A stretch of DNA of 64,000 nt from IMG/VR virus record IMGVR_UViG_3300033069_001852; one strand, written 5' to 3'. Origin of the DNA: a virus (taxonomy: Duplodnaviria; Caudoviricetes). A program made the translations under genes and the position numbers. Positions 50,457 through 59,151 of this stretch are shown here, one piece after another (positions within the stretch are counted from its first letter, which is position 1; every line of letters starts with the position of its first letter). The notes under the pieces were generated by a model. It was not told where the DNA came from. It saw only the letters and a list, made by a program, of their open reading frames with translations, and searched no databases.

Positions 50457-50867
50457 ATGGATAAAAAAACCTCCCGAAAAAACAACACAGGTCAAGTCGT
50501 AAACTATCCCGATGGGGATAAGTTTTGGACAATTAAAGATTTACATAAGCTCAACCCCCAGTTTGGGCCGGAGATAACCTTGAGAGTTCGGCTCGCCAAG
50601 GCAATCAAACTGACGAAGACCGTAGCGGTCATCGGCGATAAAATGAATTCGCATGGCCGCCCGGAAATGGTATGTGCGGTTTGTCAAAAGGATGGTAAGG
50701 TTAAGGCATCCACGATTGCGGCAGCTAAGGCGGCGGGAATTCGCTGCGGCGAACCAACCCAGACCGTGGTTACAAACATCAATCCCACGGCGACAAAAAC
50801 GTCGGCCGACGCCCAACCTACGGTTAATATCAACCCGGCGGTGTCTAATAAGACCGTCACGGTATAA
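50457..50867 (+). CDS. Hypothetical protein (possible winged-helix DNA-binding)
   Basis: WTIKDL...ITLRVRL...G....GRP; has its own promoter and terminator. Confidence 0.55.
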   Translation: MDKKTSRKNNTGQVVNYPDGDKFWTIKDLHKLNPQFGPEITLRVRLAKAIKLTKTVAVIGDKMNSHGRPEMVCAVCQKDGKVKASTIAAAKAAGIRCGEPTQTVVTNINPTATKTSADAQPTVNINPAVSNKTVTV

Positions 50868-50885
50868 TCACAGATCGCTTAATTC

Positions 50886-50913
50886 AGAGGCGCCTTCGGG
50901 CGCCTCTTTTTTT
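50886..50913 (+). terminator. Intrinsic terminator
   Basis: AGAGGCGCC-TTCG-GGCGCCTCT followed by a T tract. Confidence 0.88.
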
Positions 50914-50917
50914 GCCC

Positions 50918-51103
50918 TCAAGAAAGCCGGATAGTGAATTCGACAATTTCAAACCTATCTCTATCTAATTCACTCAATTCAAATTGCATGTCCAACACAC
51001 TATAATCTAAACTGACCGAAATGAGCTCATCAGTCTGTTCGTCGTAAATCGCGTATATGACTTGGCCTTTGTTTTTATTGGGATGCTTTGACCGGCGTTT
51101 CAT
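50918..51103 (-). CDS. Small hypothetical protein
   Basis: MKRRSKH start; overlaps the upstream minus-strand ORF. Confidence 0.45.
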   Translation of the reverse strand: MKRRSKHPNKNKGQVIYAIYDEQTDELISVSLDYSVLDMQFELSELDRDRFEIVEFTIRLS

Positions 51104-51350
51104 TTTTTCCTGAGTATTTTTGATTATGCGGATTGTAAAAAGTCGCATGATCGATGTCTGGTTTATAGTAAACAACCGTGACATTTTTTGTCAGGTGAGT
51201 AATCGTGCTCATAACAAGGTTTCGGCTTCCATATGCGATGGGAATATCCATATCCGCATCAAATAGAGCATATTTTATCTGGCCTTTGCTATTTTTAAAT
51301 TCAAATACATGATATAATAATGTTTCTGGATTGATTCTTTTGAGTGGCAT
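51075..51350 (-). CDS. Hypothetical protein
   Basis: ORF divergent from the DUF4338 gene. Confidence 0.5.
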   Translation of the reverse strand: MPLKRINPETLLYHVFEFKNSKGQIKYALFDADMDIPIAYGSRNLVMSTITHLTKNVTVVYYKPDIDHATFYNPHNQKYSGKNETPVKASQ

Positions 51351-51360
51351 ATGGTATAAT
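51331..51360 (+). promoter_or_regulatory. Sigma70-like promoter
   Basis: TTGATT-N18-TATAAT with an extended TG; ATG at 51368. Confidence 0.55.
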
Positions 51361-51367
51361 CATAAGT

Positions 51368-52573
51368 ATGAATCAAATAGAGACGATCAATCAATTTTTC
51401 ACAGGAAACAATTTGGAGTTCGACTTCGCGGCCGAGAAAACAGCCCTCGTAAAAAACTTGACTTGGTTGAAAAGTTTGGATGTCACTGAAGCTACCCTTT
51501 ATAAGAAATGGGAAGAGATTCAAATTTACAAGGATTTATATAATCAAGCCGCCAGCGTCAAACCTCTTATCTGGCGTCCCACTGATATAAACGATGAGAA
51601 GAAAACGATTCAAGAAATAGAAGAACTCAATCCCACCTTGGTTCCCGTAAATGTCGATAACACGGACTGGATGACAATGCGCATTTTCTGCCATACCGCT
51701 GAATTTAATCAATCCCCCGGACGGTATATGAAATTTATTGTCACTGATGGAAACAATAATACTTTCGGTGAAGTACCACGATATCTTGGGTTTATCGCCG
51801 TGGCTAGTGATGTTATTACTATCAAGTGCCGCGATGATTACATCGGTTGGACAAACGCACATCGGGTAAAAGACAAGCTAATCGGACATTCCGCAATCGG
51901 AACATGCGTGGCACCGACGCAGCCGTTTGGTTACAATTTTTTAGGCGGAAAACTTACCGCGGCGCTGACCGTGAGTAAAGCGGTCCGTGATCGTTGGCAG
52001 GAATTATACCACGAACTTCTAGTGGGTATGTCCGTCACATCGCTGTATGGTTCATTTAGTCAATATACAAATTTAAAATGGTGGCGGGATTGCGGTAAGT
52101 CCGCCGGTAAGATTTTACTTAAACCCGATGAGAAACATTATCAGATCTGGCATGAATGGTTGAAGAAAAACCGATCCGAACAATATGTCAAGGCCATGAC
52201 GCAAAAGGAAGGCATCTCCGGCCCGGTAACCAGTTCAAAACTAAGAATTTTATCGATGATTTTTGATGTCGTGGATTTGAAACTTAAAAATTATACGCAT
52301 GGCTTTGAACGCGGAGTGTACTATTCGATGTTTTATGAAAATGGCCGAGACTTCTTTCAGAAGAAGATAAAGGAAGATCAACTGATTATGAAAAAATTAT
52401 ATCAGGATGATTTAAACGCCATAATGGAATATTGGCGCCCGCGCGCAATTGAACGATATAAGAAATTGAAAGCCGCCGGTAAATTAAAAGCGGATGTATT
52501 ATTTTATTCCGATATGATCGATATGCCCTATGAAGAAGCGAAAAAACGCTTTTTACCTGATGTGGGGAGATAA
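51368..52573 (+). CDS. DUF4338/DruA-like (Mom-related GNAT) protein
   Basis: SPGR..KFIV.D, YLGFI..ASD....RD.YIGW, PTQPFGYNFLGGKL.A.L, TSLYG..SQY. Confidence 0.7.
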   Translation: MNQIETINQFFTGNNLEFDFAAEKTALVKNLTWLKSLDVTEATLYKKWEEIQIYKDLYNQAASVKPLIWRPTDINDEKKTIQEIEELNPTLVPVNVDNTDWMTMRIFCHTAEFNQSPGRYMKFIVTDGNNNTFGEVPRYLGFIAVASDVITIKCRDDYIGWTNAHRVKDKLIGHSAIGTCVAPTQPFGYNFLGGKLTAALTVSKAVRDRWQELYHELLVGMSVTSLYGSFSQYTNLKWWRDCGKSAGKILLKPDEKHYQIWHEWLKKNRSEQYVKAMTQKEGISGPVTSSKLRILSMIFDVVDLKLKNYTHGFERGVYYSMFYENGRDFFQKKIKEDQLIMKKLYQDDLNAIMEYWRPRAIERYKKLKAAGKLKADVLFYSDMIDMPYEEAKKRFLPDVGR

Positions 52574-52660
52574 AATAATTAGGAGTTATGCGTGAAATTC
52601 TGTATACTATACGCATAACAATGTGAGAACATTGTCAAAACAAAAAAGGAAAATCAAGTT

Positions 52661-52873
52661 ATGGTTACAAGAAAAAATGTAAAGAATCGGACAGCGTATG
52701 TTGGTAATGTTACACCATCGGGCCTCGGAATGTTTTACTCCGTACCGCTCAAGGGCGCAAAAGTTGCTCAGCGTTTGACGATTCGCTCAGGTAAGACTTC
52801 AATCAACCTGAGTGGAAGTCAAGTTCGTTCATTGACCCGTGTCATTAGCACGGCGCAACGCCTTGCTCGCTAA
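52661..52873 (+). CDS. Small basic protein
   Basis: AAGGA upstream and its own terminator downstream. Confidence 0.6.
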   Translation: MVTRKNVKNRTAYVGNVTPSGLGMFYSVPLKGAKVAQRLTIRSGKTSINLSGSQVRSLTRVISTAQRLAR

Positions 52874-52893
52874 TCGATAAAATCGATATTGTA

Positions 52894-52925
52894 GAGAGGG
52901 GGCCGAAGCCCCCTCTCACTTTTTA
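52894..52925 (+). terminator. Intrinsic terminator
   Basis: GAGAGGGGGC-CGAA-GCCCCCTCTC followed by ACTTTTT. Confidence 0.8.
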
Positions 52926-52928
52926 GTT

Positions 52929-53087
52929 ATGGGAAAAACCTTTCGGAAGAATTCCAACCACAACAAGTTCGCTCGGCGTGATTCCGTCGCCAAAGAGAAA
53001 TTTGTCAAAAAGTTTTTACAGCCGGCCCATAAAAAATCCCGCCCGGATGCCCTGCCAAAAGATGTAAAATTTCCTGAGAATGATTAA
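52929..53087 (+). CDS. Small basic protein (52 aa, not in the ORF track)
   Basis: MGKTFRKNSNHNKFARRD...FPEND*; fills the gap between the terminator and the next ORF. Confidence 0.5.
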   Translation: MGKTFRKNSNHNKFARRDSVAKEKFVKKFLQPAHKKSRPDALPKDVKFPEND

Positions 53088-53328
53088 TATTTTTGTCATT
53101 TGTTTTTGTAGCTTGACCATCGGAGTATGTGTGTATACTCTATGGAAGATTCGTTTTATCGCCACCAACACGGTCGATAACCGAAAAGATATTCATGCGT
53201 TAAACGCACACGACAAACAATTGTTATCATATATCAAACAACTAAACGGAGAATTACAGAATGCCAAAAAAACTCTATGGAAAGCCGACAAGCGGAGCCG
53301 GCTCCCAATCCAATCCGGAAAGCAATAA
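53080..53328 (+). CDS. Small membrane-anchored hypothetical protein
   Basis: N-terminal hydrophobic helix plus coiled coil. Confidence 0.4.
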   Translation: MINIFVICFCSLTIGVCVYTLWKIRFIATNTVDNRKDIHALNAHDKQLLSYIKQLNGELQNAKKTLWKADKRSRLPIQSGKQ

Positions 53329-53788
53329 AACGATTGGTTTGTTTGATCACATTAAGCACATACAATATGTGCGGGATCCTCACTATTACGAAAACCTTTC
53401 CGATCCTGACCGCAAAACCTTTAGTATTTTTATGATTCTGCGCGGGCTTTCAATGAATCCCGCCTTCGTTGAATACGCCGCTTACCTTTATCGTTTCTTG
53501 GATATCATCCCGCCGGCCCAATTCTATAAAATTCTCATAGATTTATATCCCCGCCATCAATACAAAGAATTTCACAGATGGATTAAAGCTAAAAAATCTA
53601 AAGATGGCGAAGCGGCTAAGAAATTCGATAAAATCGTGGATTGTCTTGTGAAAAAATACGAGATTCCAGATAAAGAGGCCCGGGCTTATGTTCAAATATT
53701 TTGCTCAGATAAAGTTGGCAAGACCGCTTTAGCGGAGATTATTCGGGGATATGGCTTTACGGATAAAGAAGTCGGGGATATGGTATGA
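53261..53788 (+). CDS. Clamp-loader small subunit-like protein (T4 gp62-like)
   Basis: LFDHIK.I...YY..LS..DRKTFS.FMI.R.LSM...FY..L...WIK.KK pattern. Confidence 0.55.
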   Translation: MPKKLYGKPTSGAGSQSNPESNKTIGLFDHIKHIQYVRDPHYYENLSDPDRKTFSIFMILRGLSMNPAFVEYAAYLYRFLDIIPPAQFYKILIDLYPRHQYKEFHRWIKAKKSKDGEAAKKFDKIVDCLVKKYEIPDKEARAYVQIFCSDKVGKTALAEIIRGYGFTDKEVGDMV

Positions 53789-53997
53789 ATTGGTTTAAAA
53801 AGAAAGAACGGGAAAAACGGTGGCAAGTGATTTTTAATCCGACCCAAGACATTTCGACATATGAACTAGCCCGTTGCTTAAAATGGTATATCTTGGTGTT
53901 GTCTCACCCTCAAATAGATGGGAAAAGTTTAAAGAAAAGATTCGACGAATCCCTACCAGACAATATAAAACGACATTTCGATTGGAGTGAATTATGA
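53785..53997 (+). CDS. Hypothetical protein
   Basis: Overlapping start/stop coupling on both sides. Confidence 0.5.
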   Translation: MNWFKKKEREKRWQVIFNPTQDISTYELARCLKWYILVLSHPQIDGKSLKKRFDESLPDNIKRHFDWSEL

Positions 53998-54413
53998 GTG
54001 AATCAAAAAAAACTAAAGCGTGGGATGCGGTCAAAGATTCTGGCATCCGGGAAGAGTTTAAAACAGGATCAAAACGTGATACGAGCATAGCGAAGGGTCG
54101 TTACGACCTGTTACCTTTTTATGCGATCCACCGGCTGGCCAGAGTGTATGAGAACGGTGCGGTGAAATATGGCCCATCGAACTGGAGATTGGGGCAACCG
54201 TGTAGTCGATATCTAAATTCTGCCTTACGACACTTAATGAAAGGCGGCGCTGGGTGGACTGATGAGGACCACTTCGCTCAAGCGATGTGGAATATTGCGG
54301 GTATCATCGAAACTCAGAAAATGGTGGAATTGGGAAAACTTGATAAATCCCTTGATGATTTAACAGCATTCACACCAGAATGGGAGGAAAGCGAAAAACC
54401 TCCGATAAAATAA
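53994..54413 (+). CDS. dATP/dGTP diphosphohydrolase-like (DUF5664) protein
   Basis: KGRYDLLP, GAVKYG..NW..G, SALRHL, EDHFAQAMWN. Confidence 0.8.
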   Translation: MSESKKTKAWDAVKDSGIREEFKTGSKRDTSIAKGRYDLLPFYAIHRLARVYENGAVKYGPSNWRLGQPCSRYLNSALRHLMKGGAGWTDEDHFAQAMWNIAGIIETQKMVELGKLDKSLDDLTAFTPEWEESEKPPIK

Positions 54414-54430
54414 CTTACAATTTCCAACTT

Positions 54431-54458
54431 ACCCCGCCTATAGAGGTGGGGATTTTTT
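54431..54458 (+). terminator. Intrinsic terminator
   Basis: CCCCGCCT-ATAG-AGGTGGGG followed by ATTTTTT. Confidence 0.7.
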
Positions 54459-54514
54459 ATGCCTTTTTCCGTAGTTTTTTCCGTGTTTTTGTATGTCGAG
54501 TTATATGTATTCAT

Positions 54515-54676
54515 ATGGGAAGATTTAAAAAATACAAAACGGACAAGCAAAAAGAAGAAGCTAAAAAAAGGTGGGATCATGAATACTATATGCGAAATAA
54601 AAAACGAATTGATGCGCGAGCAAAAGAAAGATACCATAAAAAGATTTTATGTCTATCATCTGATCGATCCGGCTGA
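54515..54676 (+). CDS. Small basic protein preceding the homing endonuclease
   Basis: MGRFKKYKTDKQKEEAKKRW..EYY.RNK; TATGTATT box just upstream. Confidence 0.45.
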   Translation: MGRFKKYKTDKQKEEAKKRWDHEYYMRNKKRIDARAKERYHKKILCLSSDRSG

Positions 54677-55358
54677 TAATCTTCCTTTTTATGTTGGAAA
54701 GGGGACAAAGTGGAGAATGTATAGGCACGAATCGGATGTTATTAATGGGAAAATTCCGAACGGAGGGACAAATATCATATTGTTTAGAAGAATAAATGAA
54801 ATTTTGGAAACAGGAAAAAGAGTAGTTTATCGAAAGGTATATGAACAACTTTCAAACGATGAAGCCAAAAACAAAGAAAAACATCAAATAAAAAAATTAA
54901 AAGAGGATGGGATTGTACTATGTAATTGTACTGAGGGTGGAGATGATAGACCAAGCAGAGAAGAAATAGGAAAAAGACATTCTTTAATTATGATGGGACA
55001 TAAAGTTACGGATGAAACGAAAAAGAAAATGTCCATAGGCTTTTGGAGAAACCGTAGAAAACCGTATTGGGATTACATAAAAGAGAAAAGTTATTCGTCA
55101 GGTTTCCACTTGTTTTGGAAGGGAAAGGCCCGCAGCATAGAAAATAAAGAACGTTGCGCACAATCAAAACTCGGAGAAAAAAATCCAATGTACAAAAAAG
55201 TCCCCGACAATATAATTCTATTTATCGTAAATTCTAGCGTGATTGATGGAATTTCTTACAGAGACATAAAGCCTATGGTATTAAAACAATTTGGTTATAA
55301 TTTAAGTTGTAACAAAATTGGAAAATTATTATCTCTACAACCTCACAATATCACATAA
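54612..55358 (+). CDS. GIY-YIG family homing endonuclease with NUMOD3-like repeats
   Basis: FYVYHLIDP....PFYVGKG...R...H, E...I, LCN.TEGG, HKVTDETKKKMS, GEKNPMY; start uncertain. Confidence 0.8.
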   Translation: MREQKKDTIKRFYVYHLIDPADNLPFYVGKGTKWRMYRHESDVINGKIPNGGTNIILFRRINEILETGKRVVYRKVYEQLSNDEAKNKEKHQIKKLKEDGIVLCNCTEGGDDRPSREEIGKRHSLIMMGHKVTDETKKKMSIGFWRNRRKPYWDYIKEKSYSSGFHLFWKGKARSIENKERCAQSKLGEKNPMYKKVPDNIILFIVNSSVIDGISYRDIKPMVLKQFGYNLSCNKIGKLLSLQPHNIT

Positions 55359-56077
55359 TGAGTTTTCTCTCATATAATTGTAATGGTGATGTATTTCTTG
55401 AATTCGTAGATTCTCCGACGAAGATGAAATTGTTTAGAGATAATATCAACAATTTTCATTCCTATCGCAAATACACCGATTCCCCCACAAGAAATATTAG
55501 ATATAATATCTATGAAACAAAAAGCGGAAATAATATTGGATCTGTTGGTTTATCTAGTGCAGTAATATCGGTCGCCGTGAGAGACAAATATATCGGGTGG
55601 GATCGAGTGATTAAAATGAAAAATTTATGTCATTTGGCTAATAATTCTCGCTTCGTGTTAGTTGGAGAAAGAATAACTATAAAAAATGTTGGTAGTATGA
55701 CATTAAAACAATTGAGGATTGATGGTGCTAAAAAATGGAAAGAAAGATATGGCGATGATCTTATAATGTTAGAAACATTCGTTGAGCCGGATAGACATAA
55801 GAAACATAACGGACAAAAAAAAAGAAACGGCGCAATTTATCTTTCCGATAATTGGATCGAAATAGGAAGCACGGTTGGGAGTTCGTTTAAGAAAGCTCCA
55901 TTGTTACTTTGGCAAAAAGAAACAGGATTACGAGGAGAATTAGCTAGAAAAGATCCAGTGGCGGCAATGGAAAAATATGGTTATGGTGGAAAACAATATA
56001 TTATTACCAAGTCCCCTATTAAGACAATGTTTATTAAACCATTGGTAGCGAACTGGAAAGAATATTTGTTATTATGA
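55358..56077 (+). CDS. DUF4338-like (Mom-related GNAT) protein, second type
   Basis: FHSY, RDKYIGW, LANNSRF, W..RYG....LETFV, G.IY..DNW..IG.T.G. Confidence 0.72.
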   Translation: MSFLSYNCNGDVFLEFVDSPTKMKLFRDNINNFHSYRKYTDSPTRNIRYNIYETKSGNNIGSVGLSSAVISVAVRDKYIGWDRVIKMKNLCHLANNSRFVLVGERITIKNVGSMTLKQLRIDGAKKWKERYGDDLIMLETFVEPDRHKKHNGQKKRNGAIYLSDNWIEIGSTVGSSFKKAPLLLWQKETGLRGELARKDPVAAMEKYGYGGKQYIITKSPIKTMFIKPLVANWKEYLLL

Positions 56078-56730
56078 ATCACGAAACCGAAGAACAAAGA
56101 CAAAATCGCTTGTGGGAATGGTATCGAATTTTTAATGGCTTTGATTTGAAATTTGAATGGTTTCCTGAAGTCGTCGTGACTGAAGCTTTAGTAGACAACA
56201 TATATAACCAATTAATTTCATTAAAAAACAATCTTAATGTATTTTTTCTTCCTGGAGACAGAGATAAAAAACTATGGGAAGCTTGTTTTCCGCAACGAAA
56301 AGAAATTCAAGAAAAAAATCGGTTATCATATAAAAAAACCGAAGATTACACATTTGTCGATTACCATGGGACGGGAATGCATCACGACGATCACATTATT
56401 GGCAAGTTCACTGAAGCCAATAAAAATGTTTATGGGTATATTGACCCAAAAATACCTGATGTTTTTGTTAAAATACAAATAGAAGATAGATTTCAATCGT
56501 TACCGCTGCGAGCCTATGGATTGCATGTGGGATTGGATTGTGATTTTACAAAATTTAAACCAAACGAGGATGTAATGAATTTCAAACATGAAATCGAATC
56601 GTGCAAACTCAAAGGATTATATTTCCGGGAATTGGATAATTCTAATAATGCCGATAATAGTCTGTCAAATTATTACGGCTTGCGTGGCTTGGGAATGTTT
56701 ATTTATGTGCCAGGCAGAGCCTATTACTAA
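56074..56730 (+). CDS. Hypothetical protein
   Basis: Coupled ORF; no motif recognised. Confidence 0.5.
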   Translation: MNHETEEQRQNRLWEWYRIFNGFDLKFEWFPEVVVTEALVDNIYNQLISLKNNLNVFFLPGDRDKKLWEACFPQRKEIQEKNRLSYKKTEDYTFVDYHGTGMHHDDHIIGKFTEANKNVYGYIDPKIPDVFVKIQIEDRFQSLPLRAYGLHVGLDCDFTKFKPNEDVMNFKHEIESCKLKGLYFRELDNSNNADNSLSNYYGLRGLGMFIYVPGRAYY

Positions 56731-56738
56731 TATTATTT

Positions 56739-56996
56739 ATGAATCTTGGAGAATTGAAAGCATCATTAAGTCGTATGAGTCCTGATCTTGATGAGTGTGA
56801 GGTAATGTTATTAACGATGAGTTCAAAAAGCAAAGAACAACACGATTTATTAGCATTTACTTCATACGTTGTCATTAAGGACCGGGAAAACCCCATATTT
56901 ATGATGGGCTCTCATAAGGCGGCCTTAAAAATGTTTAAGGATGGTAGATTGAAGTATTCGGACGGTACCATTCCTGACCCAAAAGACCTTGGGTAA
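56739..56996 (+). CDS. Hypothetical protein
   Basis: Short ORF continuing the operon. Confidence 0.5.
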   Translation: MNLGELKASLSRMSPDLDECEVMLLTMSSKSKEQHDLLAFTSYVVIKDRENPIFMMGSHKAALKMFKDGRLKYSDGTIPDPKDLG

Positions 56997-57092
56997 GCTG
57001 CTTTTAGGCTTATTATTGTAATTCAAATCCCGCTCAATATACCATTTTGACCTCTTTTTGGTATTCCGACCTCATTCCAGACATAAATCGTA

Positions 57093-57100
57093 TATTTATA
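57093..57100 (+). promoter_or_regulatory. Putative late promoter TATTTATA (amidoligase)
   Basis: 4 nt upstream of ATG 57105. Confidence 0.65.
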
Positions 57101-57104
57101 CGGT

Positions 57105-58520
57105 ATGATTCGTTTGAAAGAAATAGTCCCCTTTAATAAAACCGACGCGGTTGAGAAGGGATTGAGTAAGAAATATCGTGATCTTGCCGCCGGCACTTTT
57201 GGCTTGGATATCGAATTTCATACCGCTTCATCAGATGACGACTTTGACCCCAGCGATTATATTGACGAATTTGTCAGAGAAGTATCCCGTAGTCATAGTA
57301 GTATGGATGAATATTATGATTGGTTGAACGACCAGCGTGAATGGGATAATCGCAGATATCGGGGAGATAACTGGGATGATTCTCACGGACCGGAGGATGA
57401 AGATAACTGGCTAAAATATCATCCCGACCCCGAGCGATCTGATTATTCAGAAGGGCCCGATGGCGATTCTTTGTTTGATCAGGCTCGGGATGAGTGGTTG
57501 GATGATCGCCGGCGGATCGAACGCTCTTATAGTTCGTGGGAATCCCGTGACCGGGAAGATTATGTCCACGAATGGTTCAGCGAAAAAATCTCCGATGGGA
57601 CATGGAGTGATTATGTTGAAGCTCCCATTGTCGACCGCAGGGTAGACGATCAGGCAATAGTAGATACTGATGATTACATCGAATCGCTAACGGGCCAACC
57701 CGGTTCTAAATCGGGTTGGGAGGTGGGTGAAGACGGCGCGGATATAATGGAAATTCGGACGCCGCCGATGACCTACACTCCGGAAAATCTTTCCCTTTTG
57801 TCCAAGGTCATGTCTTATTGTTATAAGAATTATGAAGCTGCCGGTGATACATCGGCGCACGTTCATATTGGGATGGAAAAAGACTCCACGATTTTCGACT
57901 TATTAGCCGCAACGACTTTGGTCGATGAAAAAGCGATCCAAAAGGATATTAGCGCGGACCGGGAACTAGAACAATTTGCGGCCTTAGCGGATGCCATTCA
58001 TAACAAAATCATAGATGCTATTGACAACTTTTTACATCAACGGGAAATGGAAATTTCTCAAATGATTGGGAAGTCTTTCACGGTTCCAAATGAGCAACTA
58101 AAAACCTACATAAAAAACGCAGTAAGTCGATACTCAGGAACCAACATTCAGTCATTTTTTAGACACCAAACTTTGGAATTTAGATATTTTAGTTCCCAAA
58201 TTGCGCCTCATATGGGGAAATTTGAACAATGGATAAAATACTTTATGTTAATTGCGAAGATCGCACGTAGTCGGAACCAATTCACCATCGGTAAAACTAA
58301 ACCATATCCGCTTGCCTTTACCCGGGAAGGCAAGGGAATGACGAAAATTACTATTCTGGATGAAAAAGGTAAAATGCCAAAGGCGACAGGAATGCCGTCG
58401 GATCATTTGCGCTCACAACCACCTGATCCGGGAGCCGAAGAGAAGAAAATTCAGGCTATGTTAAAGAAAAAAGCGCATGAACCTAACCAACCTGAATTAC
58501 AATTTTCTAAACTGCCTTAA
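57105..58520 (+). CDS. Putative amidoligase (COOH-NH2 ligase type 2) with acidic insertion
   Basis: TFGLDIEF, W....D....EIRTP, SAHVHIG, RY...N, TLEFRYF; MIRLKE leader with TATTTATA 4 nt upstream. Confidence 0.7.
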   Translation: MIRLKEIVPFNKTDAVEKGLSKKYRDLAAGTFGLDIEFHTASSDDDFDPSDYIDEFVREVSRSHSSMDEYYDWLNDQREWDNRRYRGDNWDDSHGPEDEDNWLKYHPDPERSDYSEGPDGDSLFDQARDEWLDDRRRIERSYSSWESRDREDYVHEWFSEKISDGTWSDYVEAPIVDRRVDDQAIVDTDDYIESLTGQPGSKSGWEVGEDGADIMEIRTPPMTYTPENLSLLSKVMSYCYKNYEAAGDTSAHVHIGMEKDSTIFDLLAATTLVDEKAIQKDISADRELEQFAALADAIHNKIIDAIDNFLHQREMEISQMIGKSFTVPNEQLKTYIKNAVSRYSGTNIQSFFRHQTLEFRYFSSQIAPHMGKFEQWIKYFMLIAKIARSRNQFTIGKTKPYPLAFTREGKGMTKITILDEKGKMPKATGMPSDHLRSQPPDPGAEEKKIQAMLKKKAHEPNQPELQFSKLP

Positions 58521-58810
58521 CGCGTGATGGTTCGCAAATAGGTATGAGTCTCTTGGCGAAAACAAATGGCTAAGTCTGGTAAGCGTTGGAATAACAGAGT
58601 GATGCTGGCCGCATCCAGATTCCGGACCGATTCCTCATAAATAGCTTTACAACGATTGTAAATCGCCACACGATTTTTTTGTTTTTCACAATTACAATTG
58701 TAATTGTATTCGTCGACGCAGGCCATGAAACTTCTCCCTCCTGAGATTTGATCGACCAATCCAGTCCGGGCCAATAGATGATAATACTGAGTTACATTAT
58801 TGATGTCCAT
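58517..58810 (-). CDS. Hypothetical protein
   Basis: Last ORF of the minus-strand operon. Confidence 0.5.
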   Translation of the reverse strand: MDINNVTQYYHLLARTGLVDQISGGRSFMACVDEYNYNCNCEKQKNRVAIYNRCKAIYEESVRNLDAASITLLFQRLPDLAICFRQETHTYLRTITR

Positions 58811-59151
58811 TAGATATCCAGGAGTTTACAAACAATCCCATAACCCACCAAGCCGCCCAGCATCAAAGGCGCAGTCATAATTAATGATGAATTTAGACCC
58901 AGACCAAAGGCAATCCAGAACGATGTACAGATTGGGCAGGTTATTAACCGAATGAAGAAGTATTGCTGATAATTTTTCCTCAAAAAATGAATGTAGGTTA
59001 TAGTCATATCATTTTGTTTTTCTGCCTCATATTCGGAAGCCAACTGCCGGGCAATGCGAAAAACTTTTGAATACTCATACCAGACTTCGGTTTTGAACCA
59101 TAGTAACAACACCATTGAAATGATAGAACTACCAACAAAAAGGCAAATCAT
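58810..59151 (-). CDS. Small membrane protein (DUF1360-like)
   Basis: LITCPICTSFW motif and hydrophobic helices. Confidence 0.55.
   Translation of the reverse strand: MICLFVGSSIISMVLLLWFKTEVWYEYSKVFRIARQLASEYEAEKQNDMTITYIHFLRKNYQQYFFIRLITCPICTSFWIAFGLGLNSSLIMTAPLMLGGLVGYGIVCKLLDI

Noticed and set aside
51368-52573. Complete Druantia defence system
   Set aside because: Only DruA-like domains are present; there is no large DruE helicase or other dru gene in the window.
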